The translations under genes and the position numbers were made by a program. 64,000 bases of DNA from Neoconidiobolus thromboides FSU 785 (taxonomy: Eukaryota; Fungi; Entomophthoromycota): the NCBI GenBank assembly GCA_025603075.1, contig MU626274.1:62001-126000 (forward strand). The letters run 5' to 3'. Within the stretch, counting starts at the first letter, position 1, and each line of letters starts with the position of its first letter. Shown here piece by piece: positions 1 through 12,659 of the stretch. A model generated the notes under the pieces. That model ran no database searches and was not told where the DNA came from. It saw only the letters and a list, made by a program, of their open reading frames with translations.

Positions 1-45
1 TACTGTACTTAATTAAATTATTTAAACCTTTTTGAAAAATAATAT

Positions 46-144
46 GGGGATGTATTTTTGTATTTAAGAATTTTACTAACAAATTTTCCACTCAAATAGT
101 GCTTAAAAAATAGAAAAAATAATGAAGCCAAAAAAAACATCCCC
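46..144. mobile_element. MITE copy (~100 bp, TIR GGGGATGT(A)TTTTT...AAAAA(T)ACATCCCC)
   Basis: Terminal inverted repeats plus an internal core (ttttactaacaaattttccactcaaatagtgcttaaaaaa) shared with the other copies. Confidence 0.85.
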
Positions 145-948
145 ATCTGTACTATTGGCCATATGTGATTCCAATTTTTATAGCTCAATGTTTTAAACTG
201 TTTGACAACATAAATCAAATATCACTTAAAATTAAAGTCATAATGATTTGTTATCAATAACAGTATTAAAGCTAAATAAAAACTACTATAATAACAGTTA
301 TAATTTTTGGTAAAATGAGCTATAGGTTTCCATTTTTGTTTTATTACTCTTTTTATTCAATATGAAAAATGTAATTTTATATGATTATTTATAGTTTAAT
401 CTCAATTACTAATGTCTTTTTCTCTAGATATAAAGCAACTGCTACACCTTAGGGCAGTTTAACTATCAAAGCCCTTGTAAAACAAATTGTAGTAAGGCTT
501 TAAAAATTATTAGTAAATTTACTTGACTAACTGTGTTACAGATATCAGTTTAAAAAATGAAGTTGAATTTAATTTACTGCTTCATTATAATATTTTTTAC
601 TACCAGCACTAAAATGTTAAAAAGATATAGGGATATCTTACTTTGTTTAATAAGTGTATTAACAATTTTCCCCCTCAATTCTGATCAAAAAAGGAAAAAG
701 CGATGAAACCAAAAGGCACTCTCATATAACATTTTCTGAGATGGTCAAAGTCAAAAAACCGAGCACTATTTGGATTCGAGTGTGTACTAACTAAACGACT
801 ATTTAAAAACATTAATTAGATCTTGTCCCCTAAATAGTATAACAATATTAATTATCATTTTTAAAAAAACGTCTAGTTGGTGCATATTTAGCTAATTTTT
901 CGACTTAATTTTTTTCCTTGACTCAATTGCTTTGAGAAATTCTGTATT

Positions 949-1044
949 AGGGATATTTTTTTGGTTTCATCACTTCCCATTTTTTAAGCACTACTTGAGA
1001 GAAAAAATTGCTAGTAAAATTCTTAGACAAAAAAATACATCCCT
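949..1044. mobile_element. MITE copy (opposite orientation)
   Basis: agggatattttt...aaaaatacatccct with the reverse-complement core. Confidence 0.8.
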
Positions 1045-1529
1045 TATATGTTAATTTGGCTAAATTAAGTTTTATTAAATTTCTATTTGAAGTTTTTTTT
1101 CAATTGATTTTCAAAAAATTGTACTTTTAATGCACTAAATTAACTGGCATTTCTATGTTTTAAATTGGTTTATAACAATAATTAGCTACTTAATTTGCTA
1201 TAAATAGATGTTAATATAATCAGAGTAAGCAAAATGTTACATATTTAGTGTATTCATTATTGTATTACAATAAATAAGCACTTTAAAAAGCACATATTAT
1301 TGTTATATTTGATGATAAAATTTGAAAAATATCAATTGCAAACTGGTCCATTATTTATTGGGGGTAATTATACATGTATATTTAAAATATCAATATTTTT
1401 TCATAAAATTAAACTAATCTATACATTTCTTAAAATTGTTTTTGCAGCAGTATGGGTGAAACTATTGCCTACGTGATGAATCGACTACATACTATTATTT
1501 TTACTGTTTATGGATAAAGACGTTTATAT

Positions 1530-1627
1530 GGGGATGCTTTTTTTGGTTTCATTACTTTTTTGTTTTTTAAGCGCTATTTGAATGGAAAGATTGTTAGTAA
1601 AATTCTTAAACAAAAAAATACATCCTC
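1530..1627. mobile_element. MITE copy, ATAT TSD
   Basis: atat|ggggatg...catcctc|atat. Confidence 0.85.
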
Positions 1628-2025
1628 ATATATTATTATAATTAAATCACTCCAACATTCAAATTGCATAATAAGGTTTCTAATGACTTTCCAAGTATGT
1701 GTGGATAGAATTCAGTTTAAGGCTACATAATGAAAACTTTAAAACTAATATATAAATGTATTTTGCCAAGCGATTGTGCAAATTCTGTATCTTTAAATAT
1801 ACTAAATAATAAAAATAAGCCATAATATTTAAATTAAAAGGAGAATCACTAATCTAACAGTTCGTGACAAAATATAATAATTTTTTTAAAGGGTGTTTAT
1901 TGCTTATAATGTAATTGTATTATTGGTAAGGGTGTAAAACAATAAATAATAATCTGGTATGATTAATGTTTAAAAAGAACAGTAGAATGCTCAACTTTTA
2001 CTTTAATTTTAAGATAGAAATGTGC

Positions 2026-2033
2026 TATATAAA
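2026..2033 (+). promoter_or_regulatory. TATA box of 7TM copy 1 (conserved 40-50 nt upstream of the ATG across the family)
   Basis: TATATAAA; the same motif lies at 9116, 11193 and 14660 and upstream of the minus-strand copies. Confidence 0.6.
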
Positions 2034-2074
2034 GAAAGGGATGATTTTTTACTCGATTAATAAATCTAGCCTTA

Positions 2075-2998
2075 ATGTATGAATTCACTTCTTTCTATAT
2101 AGCGGTTATATGTGTGACTTCAGTATGTTTAATAGTCAACTCCTTTTTGATTTATTTCGCAAGTAAATTGTCATTTAAGGGAATTGACATCAAATTAATA
2201 ATTATTTTAGCTTCTTTAGAGTACCTTGCACCAATTACAGTATTATCTGATCTTGTCTATTATTTTATTAGTGGACAAAAAATGATCGAAAATCAATATG
2301 GATGTACATTTTATGGCTTCACTATACTGTTTATCTATCAATACGAAATTGTGCTAAGTTCTCTATTATCAATGCAAAGGCTATCAAAGATTAAAAAATC
2401 AAGTTTATATAGCTATGCTTATCGTCCAATAATGGTCAACTTGATCGTTTTTACAGTTTTATTGATTGCTTGTGCTGCTACAAATACATTTTCGGTTTCC
2501 GCAGTGAAAATAAGTTGTCTATTAGACGCTACCAAGAGCGTGTTAGCTTCAATTACTTATCATTATTCTATTTTAAGCTGCTTAATCGGTGTTGGACTTT
2601 TGGTATACTCATATTATTGTTTGGCAAATGAGATTACTGGACTTAGAGAAATTATGACATTGGAATCAGAACCTAATCTCGAAGTGACCAGTAATAATAG
2701 ATCCACAGGTTTAAAAAAAGCAACAGTCAAAGTATATTTAATCTTAAGCATTTATGGAGCATGTATGCTAGGCTCACTTATATGTTTACTTTTTGAGTCA
2801 ACATTCAAGTATAATTATGGTGGTTCTTTTAAACAATCTCCAAATCTTATTTCAGCTGCTACCCTTTTATTTGTTTTTGGTATGATTTCTAATACTTTGT
2901 TAGTACTTACATTGCATACTGGAATTGCAAAAGAAGGAAAACATTTTATACGAAAATTAAGTAGTAAGTATTTAGTAATACAAATGTGTATTTTATAA
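2075..2998 (+). CDS. Class-A (rhodopsin-like) 7TM receptor-like protein, copy 1
   Basis: 307 aa intronless ORF with 7 hydrophobic segments, a Cys at the top of TM3 (YGCTFYGF), (Q/E)RL at the DRY position and an ECL2 Cys (KISCLLD). Confidence 0.75.
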   Translation: MYEFTSFYIAVICVTSVCLIVNSFLIYFASKLSFKGIDIKLIIILASLEYLAPITVLSDLVYYFISGQKMIENQYGCTFYGFTILFIYQYEIVLSSLLSMQRLSKIKKSSLYSYAYRPIMVNLIVFTVLLIACAATNTFSVSAVKISCLLDATKSVLASITYHYSILSCLIGVGLLVYSYYCLANEITGLREIMTLESEPNLEVTSNNRSTGLKKATVKVYLILSIYGACMLGSLICLLFESTFKYNYGGSFKQSPNLISAATLLFVFGMISNTLLVLTLHTGIAKEGKHFIRKLSSKYLVIQMCIL

Positions 2999-3481
2999 AA
3001 GCAAAGTCCAATAAAACAAACGTCTCCTTTATCCTTGGGGTTATGATACTAGATTCTTTTTTTTTATAACGAAGATAAGTATATCTCCTCCTGATTGAAA
3101 TTATTTGCAAGATGCTAGTTTTAAATGTACGTGTCTTTATTGGTTCTTATACAATATAATAAAACAAAGTACAGCATAAAACTTTAAGTTTACTATTAAC
3201 ATAATGATTTATTTTATTGACAGCTGTTGTAAATAAAACCATGATAAAGTAAATCATTTAGGCATTTTCTCAAAGAGTGTACAAGACGCATAAATTAAAT
3301 TAGTTTATTTTTAAGGCTATTAAAGATGGTAGGAGTTTTAAGGTGATTTGAGATTTTATGGATTAATTCTTAAATCGTTTTTCAACCAATAAGATGCTAA
3401 CAAAAGCCATATTTTAAAAAACATTAACATGCCATTTAGCTCATTATCTATGCTAGTAAACAGTGCGACTATGTATAATAT

Positions 3482-3572
3482 GGGGAGATATTTTTTTGGA
3501 TTTCATCACTTCTTCCATTCTTTAATCACTATTTGAGCGGAAAAATTAGTAAAATCCTTAAAGTACATCCTC
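3482..3572. mobile_element. MITE copy
   Basis: ggggagat...catcctc with the family core. Confidence 0.75.
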
Positions 3573-6500
3573 ACTTACTAAAATCTATTTTGACGTTTGA
3601 TTAATTTCCAGCTAAAAACATTAAATTTTTGTTTATACTGATTTTGTCCAAATTTATATCAACTCAAAATTATAAATAGTTCTTTGTAACTTATATTTTC
3701 TAATATTTTTTAAAGTTTCAATTGAGTATATCTAATAAATTTTGCATTTACAGTTACAGTTAATTTTTTTATTAACAAAAAACTTTTTTACATATATTAA
3801 GATTAGCATATCAAATATATATATTGACAATAGAATCAGCATTATCTACTTAAGTGTATTGCTTTTAATCAACAAAATAAATAATACTACTAGCATGATT
3901 CTTTCACATATTGAGTATGTTGTCTTGTATTTTTTTTACGAAAATTACTTTGCCCGTGGGCTCGAATTTGACGGTAATAATTTTGGTATTTGAATATTGG
4001 TTTATCACTTTTTTATATAAACCTATTTACGATCCACCTTGGTTATTTATGACTCCTTTCAAGCCCATTGAGTTTTTACTTCTAGAGTAGTAATTGTCTT
4101 CCAAAGCCTAATATAAATCCCCATAAACCGGTATTCAAAATCAATCTATTGGTTTTCTATCTGCGACTTGCTATCAAGGGGCGTAAAAGACAATTAGTTT
4201 TCTGAATTATCCAAGTTTGTTCATTAATATTATTCAATGGGTACTTTGACATAATGAATTTATTTTTAGTTTTTAATTTTTAGTCTTTAACTTTAATTAC
4301 TTTGTACTCTTACCATCAGTAAGATTATAACCACCTATTTTAATATTTGAAAACAGTGTAAATTCATTAACCTGGTATCATTATAGTACTAAAACATGGA
4401 ATATTTGTTCATATAATAATAATCTAATATTTAAATCTTTTAGTTTATTGTAATAACTTAAAAGCACCGCTTTTCAATAATAACGCTTGTAAATATCTTG
4501 CATACCTTAAAATTATAAATTAATAGTTATTAGTTAAATAAATATTAACTAGATGCCTATTTCTAAATAAATCGTTTCTCTATCTTATTATTATTGAAAG
4601 TTATGGCATACTAATAACCATTCTAATTAAATCAACCTACTTCTACTGTTGCTTTTGGTATTTTTATGGCATCTATTTGGCTTATTTCTATCCCTAGTTG
4701 CGCAACATTCGTCCAGTTAACTTTATCTTATTTGGTTTGGCTTCTGCTCCCAATCGCTGGAATCTTTGTTTGCTACATACCAAGCCCTATATCTATTAAT
4801 AATAAATATCGGACAACATTGCTATCTGATTCTAATATTAATTATAGCTTAAGCAATGTCTCAATTCACTAATAAATGTTGAAATTTGACAATAATATTT
4901 ATTCTAATTCGAAAAATTTATAAATGCCCACACTGTTCAATAAACAATTGCGCATTATTATATCAAAAAACAAGTATAAAAAGAAACAATAGTTAGAAAA
5001 AAGTAATAAACAGCTTAAATTTTTAATTTTATAGTTAACTTGATGTCTTTACCTGAACAAGTGAAATTTATCACTATCTTTCTAATTTAACTTTAGTACT
5101 GGAGCGTTTTCTAGTTGTAATCTGACTTACCTACGTTAAAGCCAAAATACATATGTAATTAATAATCATAAACTTGATTGCAGTACAACTTAGCAAACAA
5201 TGTTTAGTGATAGTCGCCTCCATTTTTATTTGATGAACATTCAAGCGATTCAGTTAACTGAGTTTGCAATTCTTCATCATAACCTATAATGATACCATTA
5301 GAATGTATAAAAATGATTTTATGATTTAAAATAGTATCTGTTTAAAAATAACACTTTTATTTATATACTATCAAATTAACTATAGTTTCTATATTTTATT
5401 TAAAGTTAAAATTTTTAAATAATTAATCTATTGTTGCTAAAAGCTTTGATTTTAGCTTCATCACATGAAAATCCTATCTAATCATTTGGAACTATCACAC
5501 ACACATTATAAAAAACTTTTATACGTTTTAGAAGTGCCTTTCCTTCACCTTTTTCTGTTTATATACAATTATCCCATGAAAGACATTCACTCATATTCAT
5601 AATAAAACAGCGATGTAATGTGAACTTTGATTTTTTATACAGCTATAAAAGTTTCAGATCAAAAATATTAAATTTCAATTAGTAGCATAAGCAATACCCT
5701 ATAAATTAACTCATACATGATTTAGTTTTAATAATCAAATCTTTTTAACATTTTTACTGACAAATGAAATTTTGGCTGAGTTCAGAGTCATAATGAATGA
5801 TAATTGGTATATAAAAACGTGTTGATAGTTATCAAAACTGACTACAGAAAAAGTTCAAAAAGAAACAAAAGGTTTAAAAATGACAAGCTTTAAATTGTTG
5901 TTTTCAACTGAACTGCTATTTTGTTTAAAAAAACGAGATATAGCATTATACTATATGAATTGATCATTGCTATTAGAATTTTACTATCTGCACAGTAGCT
6001 ATCGAATTTTATGTTAGCCTAATTATTAAAACTCAAACACGTAAAGTTGCACCGTTACAATGAAATTTACCGATAATGATCTTTTTTTAGATTCTGATGC
6101 TAATAGTATTTTCCAAACCTATAATCAATTGTATCTAGGTCTCTTTACACTATCATATTCTACCATTAATTCGAGAAGTTTTATAAGCATCATTTGAATT
6201 TATCATTTTAAATTTATTTTAAACTTATGCTAAATAGTCTTCTAATCAAACTTTTTGTGTTAAATTTACTACTATTTTCATATTTTAAATAAATATCAAT
6301 ATCAATATAAGCGAGGTTTGTGAAAGAGTAATAAGTTTCAAAACAATAATGATTCTACTGTATTTAAGTCTTTAAGATTATATCCAATCGACATACTTAG
6401 TACATAAATTAAGATATATATTTATAAAGCGAAATAAATTTATCGCTTATTCAGATAGCTATTATACTAGGAGTTTCAAAACAATAATATTTTATCATAC

Positions 6501-7141
6501 ACTAATTTTAGATGTGAGGATATATGCTTAAAAGTAAGCAACTATTGCTGCAGAAATCTGAGATGAGACAAGTCATGCTATGGGTAAATTGGGTCCACAC
6601 TATTCTCTATATTCTTATTTATACTGCTTATAGGAAAGATAGTTTATATAGGATTTATAAATTGAGCTACTTAAATGCATAATTTTTATAATGAAGTTTC
6701 TAAAAAAGTTTAATTACAGATAGGTGTGTGTAAAATCTGGATATAAAACTGTATCCCAAAAGCTAAATAAAATTAGTGTGATATTCCTTAAAGGGATGCT
6801 ATGAACTTTGTGTTTGTAGATCTACTAAATAATAACAATGGCAGGCTACAATATTTGGATCGAAAGGAAACAACTGCCTGGTAGATCATTTTTCCTTATT
6901 AAACTAATGGTTCTTTAGTAAAAGAAACTGTATTGGTTTATAAAAAGTAATTGTAAGTTTATTAAAAAATATTAGATGTATAAATAGAATGGTAGGGAAT
7001 TAATAGCTAGAATAACCCACTAGAATTCGACATTAACTAATATAACAGAAAGCATAAGTTCTAATTGACTTTAATTTTATGATAAAATTATGATATATAA
7101 ATAAGGAGATCATTTTCGTGTATCTAATAAATTTAGTCTTA

Positions 7142-8003
7142 ATACATGTGTTTATTCCATTTTATATATCGACTATATGTATAACTTTTATACGTTTATC
7201 AGTTAGCTCGTTTTTAAAAGACAAAAGTTAATAGAAAATCAATAAAGACGCCCATTCTGCGGTTTTATTGTTTTATTCATTCATCAATATGAAATTATGC
7301 TAAGTTCTTTATTAGGAATGGAAGGATTATTGAAAACTAAAAATCAGGATTGTTTGGTTATGCTTATCATCCTGTAATGGTTAACTTGATGATCCTTACA
7401 GGCTTATTGATTGCTTGTGCTGTAATATTCATTTGCAATTTCATCAACAAGAGTAAGTTGCATGTTAAACGTTATCAGTAATATACTGGATTCAATTAAT
7501 TACCACTATCTCCTTTCAAGTTGCTTTATTGGTATATGGCTTACTGATATATTCATATTGTTGTATAACAAATGAGATTAATGAGCTTAGAGAAATTATG
7601 TCAATAGAATCAGACTCTACTATCGAAGCATGCAATAGTAACAAATTTGTGGGCTTAAAAAACCAACAATTAAAGTATATGTAGATGTTTTTTTTTGATT
7701 TCATTACTTTTCCATTTTTTAAGCGCTACTCGAGTGGAAAGATTGTTAGTAAAATTCTTAAATACATCTTCATATTTAATCCTAGCAATTTATGGTGCAT
7801 ATATGCTAAGTTCAATTATGTGTTTATTTTTTGAAACAATACCAAAATATAAACATTCTGGTTCTTTCCAATATATCGAAGAGCTCAATTCGGCTCCCAC
7901 CCTTTTATTTGTTTTTAGTATGATTTTTAACTCACTTTTATCGCTTACACTGTATACTGGAATTGCAAGTAATGTAAAATATTTCATGCAAGAGATGCAA
8001 TGA
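7142..8003 (+). pseudogene. 7TM receptor pseudogene, copy 2 (start lost, internal deletion, frameshifts, MITE insertion)
   Basis: TATA at ~7094 and fragments (FIHQYEIMLSSLL; ELREIMSIESDSTIE; LILAIYGAYMLSS) collinear with the paralogs; interrupted by the MITE at 7681-7771. Confidence 0.85.
7681..7771. mobile_element. MITE inserted in 7TM copy 2
   Basis: ATAT duplicated; removing the element restores aaa gta tat tta atc (KVYLI), the family consensus. Confidence 0.9.
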
Positions 8004-9164
8004 ATGATTTCAAAATAAAAGTTAAAAGTACATTGAGGAGTGAATTTGATAAAATTTACTTGATTTATGCTTAGGCTTATAGTGTTAAGCACCTTTTTTG
8101 TAACACTAATAAATGCCTAAACTTCTAGTCAAAATTATGAATGTTTTTATTTTTTTTTATTTTTTTTATTTTTATAGTTTAAACAACATAAATCCCACCC
8201 TGATCTACTTTTTAAGCTATATTTTGATTTTAATAAGGTTTTATAAAATAGATTTTTGAAAAAGCTTTTCCTGAAGTGTATAAAACAACAAATAAAAATA
8301 TTGATCTTAAGTTTACTTTTTGAGTTTCTGTTGAATTAGTGGATTTCATTTTAGGAATTTGAGCTTTATTAGCTTTTTTCAAAAAATTATTTTTCGACAA
8401 ATAGAATGTTAAAAAATAAAGTTTATTTTCAAAAACCCTTTAATATGGCATTTAATTTATTAGCTATGCTAATGGACAATGTCATCATGCATAATATTAA
8501 TTCATTTATTAAACTTTAGGGTATTAAATTAAGCTAAACTATTAGAACGTTTCATAAGTTTATATTTTGAGTTTTGTTGGGATCTTTAATCAAGTCACAT
8601 TTAATCTATGTTCTAGAAAAAAGCCTCTAAAAACCTAATACCAAACAGTTATTATAAAGTGATGAAGTTCACTTTACTAATAATAAATCGAAGACCTTTG
8701 GTGTGATTCAGGATAGTAAAGAATAGGGGTTATTAAGTATAATACAAAATGACTTTGTACTCTCAGGCAAGCCTTTTTAATCATCTTTAGCAGAGTAATA
8801 TTATATTTGAAAAGTAGTTTAATTTCACTTTCAAATTGTATGTCAGGCTACATTTCATATAGTTATGCACAGAGCGTGTGTTATCGTTTACTCTATTTCT
8901 TTGTATAAGAAGCATTAAAAGTTTATTAAATAATCTTGGAAATTATAGCTGATATTGGTTTATATTTAATCAATGTAATGATTTTATAAAGTACTAGACT
9001 ACAAATAAAGTGCTAAGAATTAAATTGTTAAGGACGATCCCCTAGAATTAGCTTTCAACAAATATAGTAAAAAGTTTAAGCTTACATTTACATTAATCTT
9101 GAGGTTGAGTTATGATATATAAACGAAGGGGTATTTTTTTCCTTAATAAATTAATTCAACCTAA

Positions 9165-10061
9165 ATGTTCACCTTCACACCTTTTTATTTAGCAGTTATT
9201 TGTGTAACATCAATATGTTTATTGACTAATTCCTTTTTGATTTATTTTGCAAGCAAATTATCTTTTAAAGGACTTGATATAAAATTAATAATACTTTTAG
9301 CCTCTTTAGAGTACCTTGCACCAATTGCGGTATTGTCAGATCTCATATATTATTCTATAAATGGACACAAACTAATAGAAAATCAATATGGATGCTCATT
9401 TTATGGCTTTATAATATTATTTATTTACCAATATGAAATTATGTTAAGCTCGTTGCTATCAATGGAAAGGTTAGCAAAAATTAAAAAATCGAGCTTATTT
9501 AAATATACTTATTGGCCTGTAGTAGCTAATTTAATTATTTTCACAATTTTGTTGGTTACTTGTGCTATTACAAATTCATTTGCTATTTCATCCTCAAAAA
9601 TAAGTTGTCTGTTGGATGTTACTAATAGTATACTGGCTTCAGTGACTTATCATTATTCTCTTTTAAGTTGTTTTATTGGTGTTGGACTTTTAGTGTATTC
9701 ATATTACTGTATAGCAAATGAAATTAGTGAGCTTAGAGAAATTATGTCAATAGAATCAGACTCTACTATCGAAGTATGCAGTAGTAACAGGTTTGTGGGC
9801 TTAAAAAAAGCAACAATTAAAGTATACCTAATCCTAAGTATTTATGGAGCATGTATGCTGAGTTCACTTGTATGTTTGTTTTTTGAGTCAGCGTTGAAAT
9901 ATGAATATGGGGATTCTTTTGAACAAGCCCGAGACCTTAATTCAACTGCTACCCTTCTATTTGTTTTTGGGATGATATTTAATACACTGCTAGTACTTAC
10001 ATTACATACTGGGATATCGAATGAAGTAAAGCATTTTATACAAAAGGTAAGTAACAAATAA
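9165..10061 (+). CDS. 7TM receptor-like protein, copy 3
   Basis: 298 aa intact paralog with LLSMERL and KISCLLD. Confidence 0.75.
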   Translation: MFTFTPFYLAVICVTSICLLTNSFLIYFASKLSFKGLDIKLIILLASLEYLAPIAVLSDLIYYSINGHKLIENQYGCSFYGFIILFIYQYEIMLSSLLSMERLAKIKKSSLFKYTYWPVVANLIIFTILLVTCAITNSFAISSSKISCLLDVTNSILASVTYHYSLLSCFIGVGLLVYSYYCIANEISELREIMSIESDSTIEVCSSNRFVGLKKATIKVYLILSIYGACMLSSLVCLFFESALKYEYGDSFEQARDLNSTATLLFVFGMIFNTLLVLTLHTGISNEVKHFIQKVSNK

Positions 10062-11239
10062 TTGATAGTTAAAAACATAAACTATACAATAATAGGTTAA
10101 TTTAATGAGATCAAAATATAATCTATATTTAGTATTTTATCATTAAACTCAATTTTTTGATAATCAAAATATAATTACGTGCTCCTGACTAAGATTACCT
10201 GCATGATGGTAATTTTAAATGCCCATACATTCATTAATGCTTACATAATATAATTAAAATATAATATAATATCTTTTGAAATATAAAATCTTTTCATACT
10301 ATATATTATGATATTATTATTATTATTTACAAGCTTTTATAAGTAAAAAACACTTGAATGGTTTTCTCTGTATGTTTATACACACAAATTATAATTAAAA
10401 TAACTTTATTTCTAAGTCTTTATAAGAATAGTAGTAGTTTAAAGTGATTTGAGATCTACTAGTTTTATTTCTAAAAACCTTTTGGCCAAATAATACACCT
10501 TTATCTTGAAAAGTCCTTTAAAATGTTATTTAAATTAACAACTACAATAAATAGCGGAACTATACATAATTCAGTTAATTTGTTAAGTTTCAAGGTATTA
10601 TTTTAAGCAAGACTATTGAAAAGCTTTATACTTTGCATTTTGGTTTTTACTTCCTGATCTATTTATTCAAGTATAATTACAAGATTCTGATAAAAGCCTG
10701 TAAAACTTAATATCAATATGATTAATATAAAGTACTAAAAATTAATTTTTTAGTAAACAGAATCAGAAACTTTGTATGATATTCAAAGGGAAAAAAACAT
10801 GAATTATATTAAGCAGAAACAAAAGTGGATTTTATACTCTCAAGCCAACCTTTTAATCATTATTAGCAGAGTAATATTGATTTTGAAAAATAGTATAGCT
10901 TCGTTTTTAAATCATATCCTGGATTAAATCTCCTACATTTATGGACAAGATGTGTGCTATTGTTTATATTATTTTTGTGAATAAGGAGTATTGGTAGTTG
11001 ATCAAACAGTTTTGCGAAATATAACTAATATTAGTTTATATTAAGTAAATGTAATAGTTTTATAAATGTTAAGCTTTCAAAAAAAGTGGTCCGAACTAAA
11101 ATGCTAAGAATGATCCGCTAAAATTGGGCATTTATTAGAAATAGCAAAAAGTTTAATGTTTTACTTATTTTATTTTTAAGATAATACCAGGATATATAAA
11201 CATGACAATTTTTGTTTTCTAGTCACCTTATCTAATTTA

Positions 11240-12133
11240 ATGTTTATGTTCACTCCTTACTATTTAACTGTTATCTTTTTAACTTTAATATGTTTAATAA
11301 TTAATTCCTTTTTGATATATTTTGCAAGCAAATTATCATTTAAAGGGTTTGATATCAAACTAATACTTACTTTAGCTTCTTTAGAGTTTCTTATACCAAT
11401 TGCGGTATTTTCTGATCTTATTTACTATTTTATTAATGGATATAAACTAATAGAAATTCAATATGGATGCACGTTTTATGGACTTATAGTATTAATCATT
11501 TATCATTACGAAACTATGTTAAATTCTTTGTTATCTATGAAAAGATCGTGGAAATTGGGAAATCAGGCCTATTTGATTATACTTACTATTCTATATCAGT
11601 TAGCCTGATTATTTTTAGCATTTTGTCAATTGCTTGTGTTGCAGCAAATTCATTTGGATTTCTTCAACAAAAACAGGCTGTCTGTTAAGTATTAGCAATA
11701 ATGTATTGGCCCCAGTCACCTACTGTTACTCTCTTTTAAGTTGTTTTGTTGGTATTGGATTTTAGTATACTCATATTATTGCTTAGCAAGTGAGATTAAT
11801 GAGCTTAGAGAAATTATGTCAATAGAATCAGAATCTACTATCAAAGTATGCAGTAGTAACAGGTTTGTGGACTTAAAAAAAGCAACAGTTAAAGTTTGTT
11901 TAATTTCAACAGTTTATGGTACATGTATGTTAAGCTCACTTATATTTTTACTTTTTGGGTTAATATTTAACTATAATTATAGAGATTCATTTAAATATCC
12001 AGAGGATTTTGATTCGGCTACTACTCTTTTATTTGTTTTTGGGATGATATTTAATACATTGCTAATACTCACATTGCATATTGGAATATCAAATGAAGTT
12101 AAAGAATTTATGCAAAAGACAAGTAATAAATAG
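11240..12133 (+). pseudogene. 7TM receptor pseudogene, copy 4 (frameshifted)
   Basis: Split across ORFs 11240-11608, 11467-11688 and 11741-12133, which are collinear with the paralogs. Confidence 0.85.
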
Positions 12134-12332
12134 TTCGAGATATAAAGAGGTATAAATTATGATAAAATATCAATATAATAAAATCAAAACATAATCTATG
12201 CTTATTCTTTTATTATTAAACTCCATTTTTTAACAAGCAAAATAAAATTATGTACTTCTAGCTGAGATTACTTGAATGATGGTAATTCTAAATGTCCATA
12301 CACTCGTTAATGCCTATATAATATGAGGATAT

Positions 12333-12432
12333 GGTAGTGTTTTCTTTTGGTTTCATTACTTTTTCCATTTTTTAAGCGCTATTTGAGCGGAAATATTGTT
12401 AGTAAAATCCTTGAGTAAAAAAATACATCCCC
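12333..12432. mobile_element. MITE copy (first of a cluster of three)
   Basis: atat|ggtagtg...catcccc|atat. Confidence 0.8.
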
Positions 12433-12562
12433 ATATATTTTTTATTTAAGAGTTCTACTGATAGCCTTTCTACTCAAATAGTGTTAAAATAGAAAAGTGA
12501 CGAAACCAAAAAAAACATCACCATATAACATAAATTTCAATTTTAGGCTATTTATTAAATAT

Positions 12563-12659
12563 GGGGGTATTTTTGTATTTAATAATTTTACTAACATTTT
12601 TTCTACTCAAATAGTGTTTAAAAGATGGAAAAAGTAATGAAGCCAAAAAAAACACTCCC
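12563..12659. mobile_element. MITE copy (a partial copy lies at ~12465-12522)
   Basis: atat|gggggtat...cactccc|atat. Confidence 0.8.

Noticed and set aside
18-218. Short ORFs such as 18-218, 42435-42623, 7790-8092, 9842-10078, 22850-23104, 28066-28278, 38967-39557, 53242-53427, 53700-53945 and 61657-61953
   Set aside because: These are translations of MITE sequence or antisense/alternate-frame shadows of real genes.
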